Source: an uncultured Clostridia bacterium (GTDB taxonomy: Bacteria; Bacillota; Clostridia; TANB77; CAG-508). Taken from it: a stretch of 64,000 nt of DNA. The position numbers and the translations under genes are program-made. The DNA is taken from contig CAUWGA010000001.1 in NCBI GenBank assembly GCA_963558245.1, positions 14,284 to 78,283 of the forward strand. Reading direction: 5' to 3'. The notes under the pieces were generated by a model. That model saw only the letters and a list, made by a program, of their open reading frames with translations, was not told the origin of the DNA and made no database searches. This document shows, piece by piece, positions 1-10,042 of the stretch (its first letter is position 1; every line of letters begins with the position of its first letter).

Positions 1-77
1 TTTTTTCTAATATCATATTTTTCCCTCTTAATAAATACTAAATATCAATTATTATAACATATTTTTTTGATTTTTTA

Positions 78-106
78 TTACATTATTTTTATTTTTTTGG
101 TATAAT
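78..106 (+). promoter_or_regulatory. candidate sigma-A promoter (TTACAT-N17-TATAAT, with TG at -15/-14 giving an extended -10)
   Basis: -35-like TTACAT at 78-83, 17-nt spacer, TGgTATAAT at 98-106; 14 nt upstream of the first ATG of the 120..1058 ORF. Confidence 0.3.
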
Positions 107-119
107 AATAAAAATATTT

Positions 120-1058
120 ATGATAGGAGATGCTAAATTGCCAAGAGGTAAACATTCAAAATCAAAATCTATTTATAGTTATCACAGTTCTAATGTCAAA
201 CAGCCAAAATTAAAAAAGTCTATATTTGTTGTAATGTTTTCAGTTATTGCTTTAGGATTTACTTTTAGTAATTTATCATGTGTTCAAGGAGATAGTGCAA
301 ATAATCTTTTTTCAATAAATTTGTCAAAAAACTATTCAAGTAATTCTAATGAAGCTATTAACACTTCTGCAAATGTGGAAAATCCAGAAGCTGAATCAGA
401 AAATGTGAAAGTACAGGTGGTAGAACCTACTGAAGATGAAAAAATTAAATTACTGGTTCAATCTGAAATTGAAAATAATAATCTTACAGAAAACAATTTT
501 GCTTTTTTCTATTATAGACCTATTGATAAAAAATATTACTTTTACAATGAAAATACATATTTTACAGCAGCTAGCACAGTTAAAGTTCCTATAGCCATAC
601 ATTACTATAATATGATAAATAGTAATAAGTTAACTTCTGATAGTACAATAAAATATGATGACAGTTGTTATGAACCTGGTGGTGGTACAACTTCTGCAAC
701 ATATGATGCAGGCGATAATGTTCCTATTAGTTTTTTGCTAAAACAAAGTATTGTAAATAGTGATAATACAGCTGTTAATCTTTTAATTGATAATTTAGGA
801 TTTTCTGCATGTAGAAAAAGTATAGCTGAATTTGCTACTTTCCCTATAACTGATGAATTTTATACAGAAAATGTTACTTGTGCAAGATATTCTTTTGATG
901 TTCATGATTATGGTATTGTATTTGCTGAAAGTCCCTATTTAATAGGAATATTTACTAAAGGTATTTCAGAAGCGGATGAGTTTATTGCAAATCTTAGTCA
1001 AAAAGTTTTACAAACTACTTTAGATGATCGTACTACAATAACTGAAGATACATATTAG
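120..1058 (+). CDS. class A beta-lactamase-related serine hydrolase (secreted)
   Basis: S-x-x-K motif (AASTVK) and SDN motif (NSDNTAVN) of class A beta-lactamase/penicillin-binding folds; TKG replaces KTG; N-terminal hydrophobic signal region; true start uncertain (no clear RBS). Confidence 0.5.
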   Translation: MIGDAKLPRGKHSKSKSIYSYHSSNVKQPKLKKSIFVVMFSVIALGFTFSNLSCVQGDSANNLFSINLSKNYSSNSNEAINTSANVENPEAESENVKVQVVEPTEDEKIKLLVQSEIENNNLTENNFAFFYYRPIDKKYYFYNENTYFTAASTVKVPIAIHYYNMINSNKLTSDSTIKYDDSCYEPGGGTTSATYDAGDNVPISFLLKQSIVNSDNTAVNLLIDNLGFSACRKSIAEFATFPITDEFYTENVTCARYSFDVHDYGIVFAESPYLIGIFTKGISEADEFIANLSQKVLQTTLDDRTTITEDTY

Positions 1059-1141
1059 AAAGTCAGCATGACTTTCCTAATATATAAATAAAAAGAGTAC
1101 AAATAATGAATAATTTCATAGTCTGTACCCTTTTTATTTTA

Positions 1142-1717
1142 CTACTTAATATATCGAATACTAGATAATATAACATCTATTAAAAAAATTGCTATAATGC
1201 TATATAAAATAATTCTTTGTACCTTTAAATTGTTCTTCTTTATAATTTTTTCTGTATGCTTTTTAACAAATGGATGAATTACATTTATAAAAACAAGTCC
1301 AAAAAATCCCCATAATATTGAAAAACTCAAACAAATTCTTCCTTGTATATTAAACATGGCATCTGAATAATCCCACCATCTTTGATGAAATATGAGTTCT
1401 AATATCCATGAAGCTATAAATTCAAATACAGAAAATGCAACCATAGCAACAATAAACTTTATAAAATTATTTTTCTTAACATTGCCTAAATTGATTAATA
1501 GTAAAACTGCTCCAAAACCATATATAGGACATACTGGTCCATATAAGAAACCTCTTTTAACAAAATGTCCATGCACAGTAAACGCATAAAACGTCTCCAA
1601 GCACCAACCAATAAATGCATATAGTAGAAAATACAAACTTAATTTTTCTTTAGTAGTCAATTCTTTATATTCAATTAATGCTAATTTCTCTTTCACTGAA
1701 TTCACTCCTATGCCCAA
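1142..1717 (-). CDS. small polytopic membrane protein, CmpB-like putative ABC-transporter permease family
   Basis: 191 aa with about 5 TM segments and a YGPVCPIYGFG motif typical of the PF06541-like family; AGGAG RBS favours a GTG start near 1696. Confidence 0.45.
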   Translation of the reverse strand: MGIGVNSVKEKLALIEYKELTTKEKLSLYFLLYAFIGWCLETFYAFTVHGHFVKRGFLYGPVCPIYGFGAVLLLINLGNVKKNNFIKFIVAMVAFSVFEFIASWILELIFHQRWWDYSDAMFNIQGRICLSFSILWGFFGLVFINVIHPFVKKHTEKIIKKNNLKVQRIILYSIIAIFLIDVILSSIRYIK

Positions 1718-1739
1718 ATAAAATAAATAATTATTCTAT

Positions 1740-1782
1740 AAAATGTCCACTTTGGACCTGGACTCCGTCCTAATAAGACATT
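1740..1782. repeat. solo terminal-repeat unit of the nested-palindrome MITE family (long-TIR subtype, like copy B)
   Basis: aaaatgtccactttggacctggactccgtcctaataagacatt; about 90% identical to the right TIR of the element at 11392-11434; lies about 25 bp upstream of the start of the 1142..1717 gene. Confidence 0.7.
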
Positions 1783-1842
1783 AGCTGGTGCTCATTATAA
1801 CATATTTTACGTGTTTTTACAAATTTTATGCTATATACTCAA

Positions 1843-3939
1843 TTATTCTTCATCTTTAATTATACTTTTGCTTCCTAAATATGTTGCTAAGAAATATAGT
1901 CCATAAACTACTCCAATTATTACTACTGTAGCTATTACAGATGGTAATAATTCTTTTGTAGTTGCTAACCCTGACATCATAGTCATAACAAATTGTATTC
2001 CAAAAATTGAATGTATTATTGCAAGTACTAATGGCAACATAAAGAATATTGCAATCTGTCTAAATAATGCCTTATTTATTGTTTTTTCATCACAACCTAT
2101 TTTTCTTAATATAAGATATCTTTGTTTATTATCTGAACTTTCAGTTAATTGTTTTAGTGCTAGTATTGCAGCACTTGCAATTAAAAATACAATTCCTAAA
2201 TAAATAGCTATAAATATTACAATTGTTGACACTCCTAAACTTGCTTCTATAATTGTTATTTTTGTCATTCCATTTATAGGAATTCCCTTTTTTTCTATTT
2301 CTGTTGCTAATCCAGATTCTTTATCTACTAATTCCTTATCAAGTTCTCTTTTTTCTTCTTCTGTTTCTGCATTATAATTTGCTGATAATATATATTGTTC
2401 TTTCCATTCTTCTTTTAATTCACAACTATCTGGAACAATGATAATTCCTGTATTCATGTGGCTTGTTGACATCATTATATAGCCTTCTTTACATTCATTA
2501 TATTTAGAATGATATTCTTTTCCATTTAGCACTATACTAATTCCTGATTTTAGAGCTTGATTTCTAACTTGTATCATATTATCATAATCAGCAAGTACAA
2601 CAAATTCATCTTCATTTAGGCTATGTTCTTCTAGTCCATACATCCTTGCAAATTTGTTATAATCTGAAACTTTAATAAGTGTTTCAGGGGTATCATATTG
2701 TAACATTGAATATTGTGCCTTTACATTTTCAAATTGATTTCCTAGGCTATCTTTCCACGTCCATTCATTAGTCGCATATATTGGCATTTCCACAATGTCT
2801 TTTAATTTATTCATATCATATCCAGCATTTTTTAATGTATAGCTTACAGGATATTTTGAATCTTCTCTTGCCTCTTGAGTTGGTGTTATTTCAGAGCCAT
2901 ATGTTTCATATTTTAAATAACTTTCAGGTAAATTAGCTGTTTTATATAAATTCACATCAACAGGTGTCATTTCTTTTAAGTCTTTTTGCATTGTATTTCT
3001 TAGTGATAAACTTGAAGATAATATACTTATAGTCATAAATAACATTAAACATATTACACTCATGCTAATTACAGTTGTATTTATTTTGTTGTTTAGCTGT
3101 CTTAGTACAAACATATTAGTTCCTTTTAAGTATATGTTCTTTCTTGTTTGTACTACTTTTAAGACAAATCCTGATAATGACCAAAATATTGCAATTGTTC
3201 CTACAATTCCCATAACTATTATTGGTAATAGTTTATCTGCTGTGCTAAGTGATTCTACTCCACCTGTTACTTTCCAATAACTATATCCCAATATTCCTGC
3301 ACCTGCTAAAAATACTAATATTGAAAGAACAGGGTTTTTAATTTTTACTGTTTCATTCTTCTTTATTGCTGTTAATAAATTTATTAGTTTATATCTTGAA
3401 ATCGTAATTGTATTAAATATCATAACCGCAATGTACATTATTGCAAAATATAGGCACGTTTTTATACATGCATCTTTTGAAAATACAAACTGGAATTTTG
3501 TCATATCTGCTTCAAATAATTTACCTACCAAAATAGACATAAACTGAGAAGCAAACACTCCTATTATAACCCCTGTAATTAACGATAAAACTCCTATTAA
3601 TATTGTTTCTATTAATATAATCTTAGAAATTTGTCTTTTTCCCATTCCAAGTGTCATATAAATTCCGAATTCTTTTTTTCTTCTATTAATTAAAAAATTA
3701 TTTGCATATACAATTAATAGTCCTAAAATCACAGCTACAAATACTGATACATATCCAAGCATTGAAATCATTAATCGTATTAATTCTCTAGTAGATGCTG
3801 ATACTTCTAACATTGCTTGTTGACTATCTAGTGAGTTAAACATATAAAATATTGCAACACCTAATACCAATGTTAGAAAATAAATTGCATAATCTTTAAA
3901 ACTTTTTTTCATATTTTTTACTGATAATTTAAATAACAT
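1843..3939 (-). CDS. BceB-type FtsX-family ABC transporter permease (10 TM, large extracellular domain)
   Basis: 698 aa; FtsX-like permease topology with a roughly 200-aa extracytoplasmic loop; immediately downstream of and overlapping the ABC ATPase; family fits bacitracin/lantibiotic-type peptide resistance. Confidence 0.85.
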   Translation of the reverse strand: MLFKLSVKNMKKSFKDYAIYFLTLVLGVAIFYMFNSLDSQQAMLEVSASTRELIRLMISMLGYVSVFVAVILGLLIVYANNFLINRRKKEFGIYMTLGMGKRQISKIILIETILIGVLSLITGVIIGVFASQFMSILVGKLFEADMTKFQFVFSKDACIKTCLYFAIMYIAVMIFNTITISRYKLINLLTAIKKNETVKIKNPVLSILVFLAGAGILGYSYWKVTGGVESLSTADKLLPIIVMGIVGTIAIFWSLSGFVLKVVQTRKNIYLKGTNMFVLRQLNNKINTTVISMSVICLMLFMTISILSSSLSLRNTMQKDLKEMTPVDVNLYKTANLPESYLKYETYGSEITPTQEAREDSKYPVSYTLKNAGYDMNKLKDIVEMPIYATNEWTWKDSLGNQFENVKAQYSMLQYDTPETLIKVSDYNKFARMYGLEEHSLNEDEFVVLADYDNMIQVRNQALKSGISIVLNGKEYHSKYNECKEGYIMMSTSHMNTGIIIVPDSCELKEEWKEQYILSANYNAETEEEKRELDKELVDKESGLATEIEKKGIPINGMTKITIIEASLGVSTIVIFIAIYLGIVFLIASAAILALKQLTESSDNKQRYLILRKIGCDEKTINKALFRQIAIFFMLPLVLAIIHSIFGIQFVMTMMSGLATTKELLPSVIATVVIIGVVYGLYFLATYLGSKSIIKDEE

Positions 3940-4696
3940 CGTTCAAATCACCTCCAAGAAGTGTTTGCACCTCTATTATTTTTTCAAAAAATTGTTTTCT
4001 TGTATCATTTCCTTTATTTAATTCATTAAAAATTTTACCGTCTTTTATAAATAAAATTCTATTAGCATAACTTGCAGTAAAAGCATCATGAGTTACCATT
4101 AATATAGTTGCATTAAGTTTATTATTTAAAGTTTCAAATGTTTCCAATAATTGCCTTGCTGATTTACTATCTAATGCTCCTGTTGGTTCATCAGCTAATA
4201 CTAATTTTGGATTAGTTATAATAGCTCTTGCAGATGCACATCTTTGTTTTTGCCCCCCTGATATCTGATATGGATATTTATTTAATATTTCTGCTATATT
4301 TAATTTTTGGGCAATTTCTTTTACTCTACTATCTATTTCTTTCGGTTTTGCTTTTTGTATAGTTAATGCTAATGCTATATTTTCATATACTGTTAAAGTG
4401 TCTAATAAATTGAAATCTTGGAATATAAATCCTAATTCCTCCCTTCTAAATTTATTTAATTTGTTTCCTTTTAGTTTTGTGATATTTTCTCCATTTATTA
4501 TTATATTTCCTGATGTAACTTTGTCTATAGTTGAAATGCAATTTAATAATGTCGTCTTTCCGCTTCCACTAGCTCCCATTATCCCAACAAATTCTCCTTC
4601 ATTTACATCCAAACTAATATTATCTATGGCTTTAGTTAAATTAGATTTATTCCCATAGTACTTTTCAATTTGTTTTACCTCTAAAATTTTTCCCAT
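3929..4696 (-). CDS. BceA-type ABC transporter ATP-binding protein
   Basis: Walker A GASGSGKTT, ABC signature LSGGQKQR, Walker B LVLADEP; likely true start MGKILEVK at 4696 with a GGTGGA RBS (ORF track extends to 4774). Confidence 0.9.
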   Translation of the reverse strand: MGKILEVKQIEKYYGNKSNLTKAIDNISLDVNEGEFVGIMGASGSGKTTLLNCISTIDKVTSGNIIINGENITKLKGNKLNKFRREELGFIFQDFNLLDTLTVYENIALALTIQKAKPKEIDSRVKEIAQKLNIAEILNKYPYQISGGQKQRCASARAIITNPKLVLADEPTGALDSKSARQLLETFETLNNKLNATILMVTHDAFTASYANRILFIKDGKIFNELNKGNDTRKQFFEKIIEVQTLLGGDLNDVI

Positions 4697-4774
4697 TTTT
4701 CCACCATTCCTTCCTTGTTTGTTATACCTATTATAAAATCTTTTTAACTTATCTTCCATCGATTTTTCTTTCAA

Positions 4775-4798
4775 TAACCTTACAAAAATGCAAGGTTA
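4775..4798. promoter_or_regulatory. inverted repeat TAACCTT-N10-AAGGTTA upstream of the ABC ATPase gene; candidate response-regulator operator
   Basis: perfect 7-bp inverted repeat about 80 bp upstream of the likely bceA-like start; Bce-type response regulators bind inverted repeats upstream of the transporter promoter. Confidence 0.3.
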
Positions 4799-4847
4799 CA
4801 CTACTGTCTATAGTTTTAAATTTATACCCACATTATTTTCAAAAGCG

Positions 4848-4879
4848 ATAGAAATTAATTCTATCGCCATTATGTATTT
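4848..4879 (-). terminator. intrinsic terminator/attenuator hairpin between the histidine kinase and ABC transporter genes
   Basis: GGCGATAGAA-ttaatt-TCTATCGC stem (9 bp) followed by TTTTG on the minus strand, directly after the kinase stop codon. Confidence 0.5.
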
Positions 4880-4885
4880 GGTATA

Positions 4886-5905
4886 TTATTTTCTTAAATT
4901 GTAACTATTTTGTGGGAATACTAGCCTTATTTGGGTTCCAATATTTTCTTGTGAATTTAGTTCAATTGCAATATTTAGTTTATTACATAATTTCTTACAT
5001 AAATATAACCCTATTCCTGTTGATTTCTTTCCTAAAATTCGTCCATTACTTCCAGTGAAACCTTTTTCAAATACTCTTGTTATTTCTCCTTGTTTAATTC
5101 CTATTCCATTGTCTTTAATTATTAAAATTGTATTTTCTTTTTTCTCAATTGCATATATTTCAATTTCTAATACTTTATTATGATTTTTATATTTTATACT
5201 ATTTTGTACTAATTGGTTTAATATAAATCGTATCCATTTACTATCAGTAGCTACTTCATAATCAATATCATGTGTATTAATTACAACTTTATTATGTATT
5301 AATTCATTTTTATTTTTCTTTATTACATCATTTACAATTGGTTTTAATTTACTTCTTTTTATCACATAGTCTTTTTCTACCGCATTACTTCTTGCGTAAA
5401 ATAATGCTTGTTCTATATAATTTTCTATTTTATCTAATTCTTCATCAATACTTTTGGTTGCTTCATTTTTATTATTTTCTATAATCATCTTACTTGCTGC
5501 AATAGGGATTTTTATTTCGTGAATCCATAATTCTATATATTCTTTGTAATCTTCTTGTCTATATTTATATTCATTTACATGTTCTATCATATCTTTATCT
5601 GTTTGAATTAATATATCTCTCAAGATTTTAGCATCTATAAAGTTTTCCTTTGGCATAACTTCCGCAATTAAATATTTTTTATCTAATTCTTCTAATAGTT
5701 CTAGTGTTTTATTGTAAAACTTCTTTCTTTTTATGTAATCAATACATAGTCCAATAGAATATGTAGTTATTAATATAAGTGGTATATAAATTTGCATAAA
5801 TAAACTTGTAGGATATACTAATAAAAATATCTCGATAGTAATTATTGCAAAAAACACCAGCATTATAGTTATAAAATTGTCTTTTAAATATCTTTTAAAG
5901 TTCAT
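4886..5905 (-). CDS. BceS-type intramembrane-sensing histidine kinase
   Basis: 339 aa; two N-terminal TM helices with no extracellular sensor domain; HisKA H-box (EIKIPIA) and HATPase_c G-boxes (IKDNGIGI, GIGLYLC). Confidence 0.85.
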   Translation of the reverse strand: MNFKRYLKDNFITIMLVFFAIITIEIFLLVYPTSLFMQIYIPLILITTYSIGLCIDYIKRKKFYNKTLELLEELDKKYLIAEVMPKENFIDAKILRDILIQTDKDMIEHVNEYKYRQEDYKEYIELWIHEIKIPIAASKMIIENNKNEATKSIDEELDKIENYIEQALFYARSNAVEKDYVIKRSKLKPIVNDVIKKNKNELIHNKVVINTHDIDYEVATDSKWIRFILNQLVQNSIKYKNHNKVLEIEIYAIEKKENTILIIKDNGIGIKQGEITRVFEKGFTGSNGRILGKKSTGIGLYLCKKLCNKLNIAIELNSQENIGTQIRLVFPQNSYNLRK

Positions 5906-5918
5906 TATTTTACACCCT

Positions 5919-6593
5919 TTATCCTTTTAACATATACCCTTGTCCTCTTTTAGTTTCAATTAAATCTTTACATCCTATTTTATCTAATTTGTTTTTCAAT
6001 CTTGTCATATTAACAGTTAATGTATTATCATCGATAAATTCTTCGCTATCCCATAGATATTGCATTATTTCGTCTCTTGAAATTATTTTTCCTCTATTTT
6101 GAACCAAATAATGTATTATTTTTAATTCATTTTTTGTTAGGCTAATGTGTTCATTATCCTTTTCTATAACACTTTGTGAAACATTTAAAATAAATTCGTC
6201 ACAGTTAATTTTATCTAGGTTTACACCAACTTTACTAGACCTTCTTAATACAGATGATATTTTCGCTAATAATATATGAATATTAAATGGTTTTGTAACA
6301 TAATGATCTGCTCCGTAATTCATGCTAATTAATTCGTCCATTTCATTATCTCTACTTGTTATTATAATAATTGGCACTTCTGAAACTTTTCGGATCTCTT
6401 TTAATATATATTCACCATCGTAGTTTGGCAAATTAATATCTAATAAAATTAAATCAGCATGAAAGTCTAAAATTTCTTGAATAGTATTATTAAAAGTTTC
6501 TAATATATATGATTTATACCCGTTTTTATCCAAAAAAACTTTTAGCTCATTTCTTAGCTTTACTTCATCTTCTACTATTAATATTTTTTTCAT
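5919..6593 (-). CDS. OmpR-family response regulator (BceR-like)
   Basis: receiver domain (MKKILIVEDE, DLILLDINLP) plus winged-helix Trans_reg_C (LTKNELKIIHYL, RGQGYML); start taken at MKKIL (6593) with a GAGGTG RBS; the ORF track's first Met is at 6629. Confidence 0.9.
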   Translation of the reverse strand: MKKILIVEDEVKLRNELKVFLDKNGYKSYILETFNNTIQEILDFHADLILLDINLPNYDGEYILKEIRKVSEVPIIIITSRDNEMDELISMNYGADHYVTKPFNIHILLAKISSVLRRSSKVGVNLDKINCDEFILNVSQSVIEKDNEHISLTKNELKIIHYLVQNRGKIISRDEIMQYLWDSEEFIDDNTLTVNMTRLKNKLDKIGCKDLIETKRGQGYMLKG

Positions 6594-6634
6594 TTTACAC
6601 CTCTTTGCTGATTTAATTATTAAAAACAAATTTT

Positions 6635-9211
6635 CTATAATTTACGCATTTTTCTATATTTTATAAAACTAAATATTGATACAATAATCATAATTACAAT
6701 TCCTATAGCAATTAAATTTTTGCTACCTGCATATGGCAATTTGCTTTGTATTTGTTGATTTTGTTTATTATTACTTGTATTTACTTTTGAACCTGAATTA
6801 TTACTATTACTTGAATTTGTATTAATACCATTGTTTTTATTATCTTCTATATTTGTATTATTGTTTGTATTAGTATTATTATCATTGTTCGTATTTGTGT
6901 TGTTATTATTAGTATTTGTATTAGTGTTAGTATTGGTATTGGTATTTGTATTGTTGTTACTATTTGTGTTCGTATTGTTATTTGTATTATTTCCATCTGG
7001 ATCTACAGGTGGCTTTACTTCATCTTTTATATCTAACACATTAATTACTTTTACTATTCCATTTCCTTTTTCGTCTTCTCCATAAATTGTATATGTGCCA
7101 TTTTTTGTTATTTCAAGCATCGCAAAGGCTATTTTATCCTCTTTTTGTATATTTAGCTCTGTTCCATCATTTTTAAAATATTCTGTTTCTTTTTCACCAT
7201 TGGCTATTTTTACCGTTTTTATCTGACTTTCTTCATCTCTTACTTCAATAGTTATTATTGCTTTTTTATAATCATCAGAAACTTTTTTGCTTATTTTTAT
7301 TATTGGAGGATTTTTGTCTTCTGGTTCTGGAATTATAATAGTTGTTATATTAAAAGTTTTTATTGCTTTATTTCCTACACTGTCTTTGGTATATACTGTA
7401 TATTCGCCATTCTCACTAATATTTAAAGAAGCTTTAGCTGTATTTTTATCTTTTTGTAATTCTAAATTTTGTCCCTCATTTTCAAAATAATTTATATCTT
7501 TATTTCCTTTAGCAATTTTTATAACACTTATTTCATTAGACATATCTTTTGCTAAAATTGATACTGCAACATTTTTATCATTTATATTTTTTTGTGTGAT
7601 AGTAAGTTCTGGTGAAGTTATATCTTCTGCCGGTTTATTAATATTTGTTATTTCTATTTCTTCTACAATTTTATTTCCACTATCATCTTCTGCATATACA
7701 GTATATGTTCCTATATGTTCTATTTCAAATTTAGTTGTAATTAATTTCCCTAAACTTCCTTGTCCTATTTGTGTTCCATTATTTAAAAAATAGTCTACAT
7801 TTATACTTCCTTCTGCCCATTTAACTTTACTTATGTTAGAATCAGCATCACTTACTGTCACATCAACTTGTTTTAAATTATCTGTATTTTGTTTTATTGT
7901 AATTGTTGGTGGAACATTTATAGTTGGTCCATCAATTCCAATTATCATTTTTGATATCATATAACCATATCCTTGTTCATCTTGTATATATACATTTATT
8001 GTACAATTTTCTGTAATATTATATGTTGCTGTGACTTTTTTTCCAGGAGTTATAGATATATTCTCTCCTTTTTCTTTTATGTCTTTTATGGTTACATTTT
8101 TACCAATTAAAATTTTCATAGTGGTAATATTAGAAATTTCATCTGTTCCTATTATTATTAATTTTTTAGGTTCTTGTTTATCTTGTTCTATTGTAATGTT
8201 CATAGTATTTTCTTTTGCTGTAATTCTTTTTTCTGTCATTTTTTTGTATCCAGCTTCATTTTCTATATAAAATACATATGTATTATCCTCTGGAGCTGTA
8301 TATGTTGTATTTACTTCTTGACTTGGTGTAAATTTTATTTCTTCACCTTTTGTATTAAAATCTTCAAAGTCTGTTATTTCTGATTTTTTTGCTACTTTTA
8401 TTTTTACAATTTTACATAATGAATCTGTTGCTTTTATATTTACTTTTCTTACATCATTTCCTTCTGTTATTTCAACATTTATAGGTGTTCCTTCTTTTGA
8501 TATATAAATTTCTCTACTTACTTTATTTGCTTTGTTATCTTCAACATAAACCTGATATAATCCTGCTTCTGTTAATTTTGTATATTTTATATTAACATTA
8601 TTACTTGGAACAAATTCAATTTCTGTCCCTTCTTTTGAAAAGTCAATTTCGTCATTTATATTATCTTTTTTGGCGATTTTTATTTTAGAAATTATATTGT
8701 TTTTACTTGTTGCTTGTATAGTTAAATATAATGGATTTTGTTCATCTTTAATTAATGTTAAATCTGGCATATCCTCTGGGTCTTTTAATGTTATTCTACT
8801 TAAATATCTATCTCCATTGGCATTTTTACCATATACTGTATAGCTTCCATATTCTTCTAATTCAAAAGATGTTTGAATATTTTTACTTGGTGTTATATTA
8901 AATGTTTTTACATCATTATTATTTCCTTCAAAATAATCAATATTATCTACATCAATATATTTATGTACATATTTCAAATCAGTTATATTATATGTTGTAT
9001 CTGTAGCTGTTACATTTATTTTATTGTTATTTATTTCATCTCTTTTTAGTTTTATGCTCATTGTTGTAGTAGCTGTTCTTATTTGTGATGTAAGCTCATA
9101 TGCCTCTGAAATTGTTGGCATACACAATGGCGTCAAAATTGTTAATATCATAATTACTATAATTATTAATTTTACATTTCTTTTCATTGTTACTCCTCCT
9201 TTTATTGACAT
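6635..9211 (-). CDS. large cell-surface protein with seven tandem beta-sandwich-like repeats, an Asn/Thr low-complexity stalk and a C-terminal LPYAG sorting-signal-like anchor
   Basis: 858 aa; N-terminal signal peptide; seven roughly 85-aa repeats sharing the pattern I.K[IV]K.AKG...DYF...G.E[IL]......K.......I...G.YTVY..D..GN; (N-T)n stalk; C-terminus LPYAGS, then a hydrophobic segment, then KYRKMRKL, as in sortase substrates. Confidence 0.8.
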   Translation of the reverse strand: MSIKGGVTMKRNVKLIIIVIMILTILTPLCMPTISEAYELTSQIRTATTTMSIKLKRDEINNNKINVTATDTTYNITDLKYVHKYIDVDNIDYFEGNNNDVKTFNITPSKNIQTSFELEEYGSYTVYGKNANGDRYLSRITLKDPEDMPDLTLIKDEQNPLYLTIQATSKNNIISKIKIAKKDNINDEIDFSKEGTEIEFVPSNNVNIKYTKLTEAGLYQVYVEDNKANKVSREIYISKEGTPINVEITEGNDVRKVNIKATDSLCKIVKIKVAKKSEITDFEDFNTKGEEIKFTPSQEVNTTYTAPEDNTYVFYIENEAGYKKMTEKRITAKENTMNITIEQDKQEPKKLIIIGTDEISNITTMKILIGKNVTIKDIKEKGENISITPGKKVTATYNITENCTINVYIQDEQGYGYMISKMIIGIDGPTINVPPTITIKQNTDNLKQVDVTVSDADSNISKVKWAEGSINVDYFLNNGTQIGQGSLGKLITTKFEIEHIGTYTVYAEDDSGNKIVEEIEITNINKPAEDITSPELTITQKNINDKNVAVSILAKDMSNEISVIKIAKGNKDINYFENEGQNLELQKDKNTAKASLNISENGEYTVYTKDSVGNKAIKTFNITTIIIPEPEDKNPPIIKISKKVSDDYKKAIITIEVRDEESQIKTVKIANGEKETEYFKNDGTELNIQKEDKIAFAMLEITKNGTYTIYGEDEKGNGIVKVINVLDIKDEVKPPVDPDGNNTNNNTNTNSNNNTNTNTNTNTNTNTNNNNTNTNNDNNTNTNNNTNIEDNKNNGINTNSSNSNNSGSKVNTSNNKQNQQIQSKLPYAGSKNLIAIGIVIMIIVSIFSFIKYRKMRKL
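6835..7000. repeat. imperfect hexanucleotide microsatellite (GTATTA/GTATTG)n encoding the (N-T)n stalk of the surface protein
   Basis: runs such as gtattagtgttagtattggtattggtatttgtattgttgtt; translates on the minus strand to NTNTNTNTNTN. Confidence 0.7.
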
Positions 9212-9215
9212 TTTT

Positions 9216-9244
9216 ATTATATCATTCTTTATTAATGGTTACAA
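9216..9244 (-). promoter_or_regulatory. candidate promoter TTGTAA-N17-TATAAT for the surface-protein gene
   Basis: minus-strand reading ttgtaaccattaataaagaatgatataat, about 10 nt upstream of the GGAGGAG RBS. Confidence 0.35.
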
Positions 9245-9366
9245 TATAAGCTTTTGTATTTTTGTTAATTTTTTGTAAATTTACTAGACAGCTTTTAAGC
9301 TTTGTGATATTATATGATTTGAAAACAAAAGAAATGAAATTTTATATTTCTATTAGGAGGTCAAAA

Positions 9367-9804
9367 ATGTTAAAGAAATCCAAAAATTTAAAATTAATTA
9401 TATTATTAATAGCTATTATTGCTATATTTTCTATTTTTAGCTGTTCTTATGCAGTTGATTTAAACTTAAGTAATGACTTAACATTAAATACTAATTCTAC
9501 TGCAACACCTGACAATACTAGCTCTACTGATAATACAGTTGCTAATAATACTTCTACAGATAATAGCTCAAGTTCAAACCAAATTACAGATACTAATACA
9601 TCGTCTAATGAAACTACAAGTACTAATAGTTCTAGCACTTCTAATACCGCAAATCCATCAAGTTCAGGAGCAAAAGTTACAAGTACAATGTCTTCTAGTG
9701 ACGATGGTTTAGGAATTGCTAATATATTAAATATATTTTTAATTGTTATTGGAATACTTTTAATTTTATTAGCTATTGCAATTCTAATTAGATTAAAAAA
9801 ATAA
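9367..9804 (+). CDS. Ser/Thr-rich secreted protein with a C-terminal membrane anchor (hypothetical)
   Basis: AGGAGG RBS then ATG at 9367 (ORF track starts at 9262); signal peptide; low-complexity S/T/N-rich region; C-terminal hydrophobic helix followed by RLKK. Confidence 0.55.
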   Translation: MLKKSKNLKLIILLIAIIAIFSIFSCSYAVDLNLSNDLTLNTNSTATPDNTSSTDNTVANNTSTDNSSSSNQITDTNTSSNETTSTNSSSTSNTANPSSSGAKVTSTMSSSDDGLGIANILNIFLIVIGILLILLAIAILIRLKK

Positions 9805-9824
9805 TTTTCAGTTAAGATATCTTT

Positions 9825-9858
9825 AGAAACGAATACATTAATTCGTTTCTTTTTTTAT
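9825..9858 (+). terminator. rho-independent terminator
   Basis: AGAAACGAAT-acatta-ATTCGTTTCT stem followed by TTTTTTT. Confidence 0.7.
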
Positions 9859-10042
9859 CTTGTTTATATCATAATATAAACTATGTTAATAATTATGGTT
9901 TTATAAATCAATTTTATTTTTAATTGTTAAAATTTATTTTTTCTTTTATATGTATATTTTATTCAAAATTTAAAATAATAATATTAATATTACTTTTTAT
10001 ATTTTATATAAAAATAATTAATATTTTATAGGAGGATTTCAT

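Noticed and set aside
1058-1077. GAAAGTCA...TGACTTTC hairpin immediately after the stop of the beta-lactamase-like gene
   Set aside because: It forms a stable stem but is followed by TAATATATAAAT, not a U-run, so it is not a convincing intrinsic terminator. A weaker candidate at 1091-1140 has an oversized loop and was also left uncalled.
6831-7085. 84-aa Leu/Val-rich ORF on the + strand (and the other small + strand ORFs listed inside 6635..9211)
   Set aside because: It lies antisense to the surface-protein gene, and the Leu/Val-rich 6831..7085 ORF arises from the (N-T)n microsatellite. These are translation artefacts of low-complexity DNA, with no RBS.
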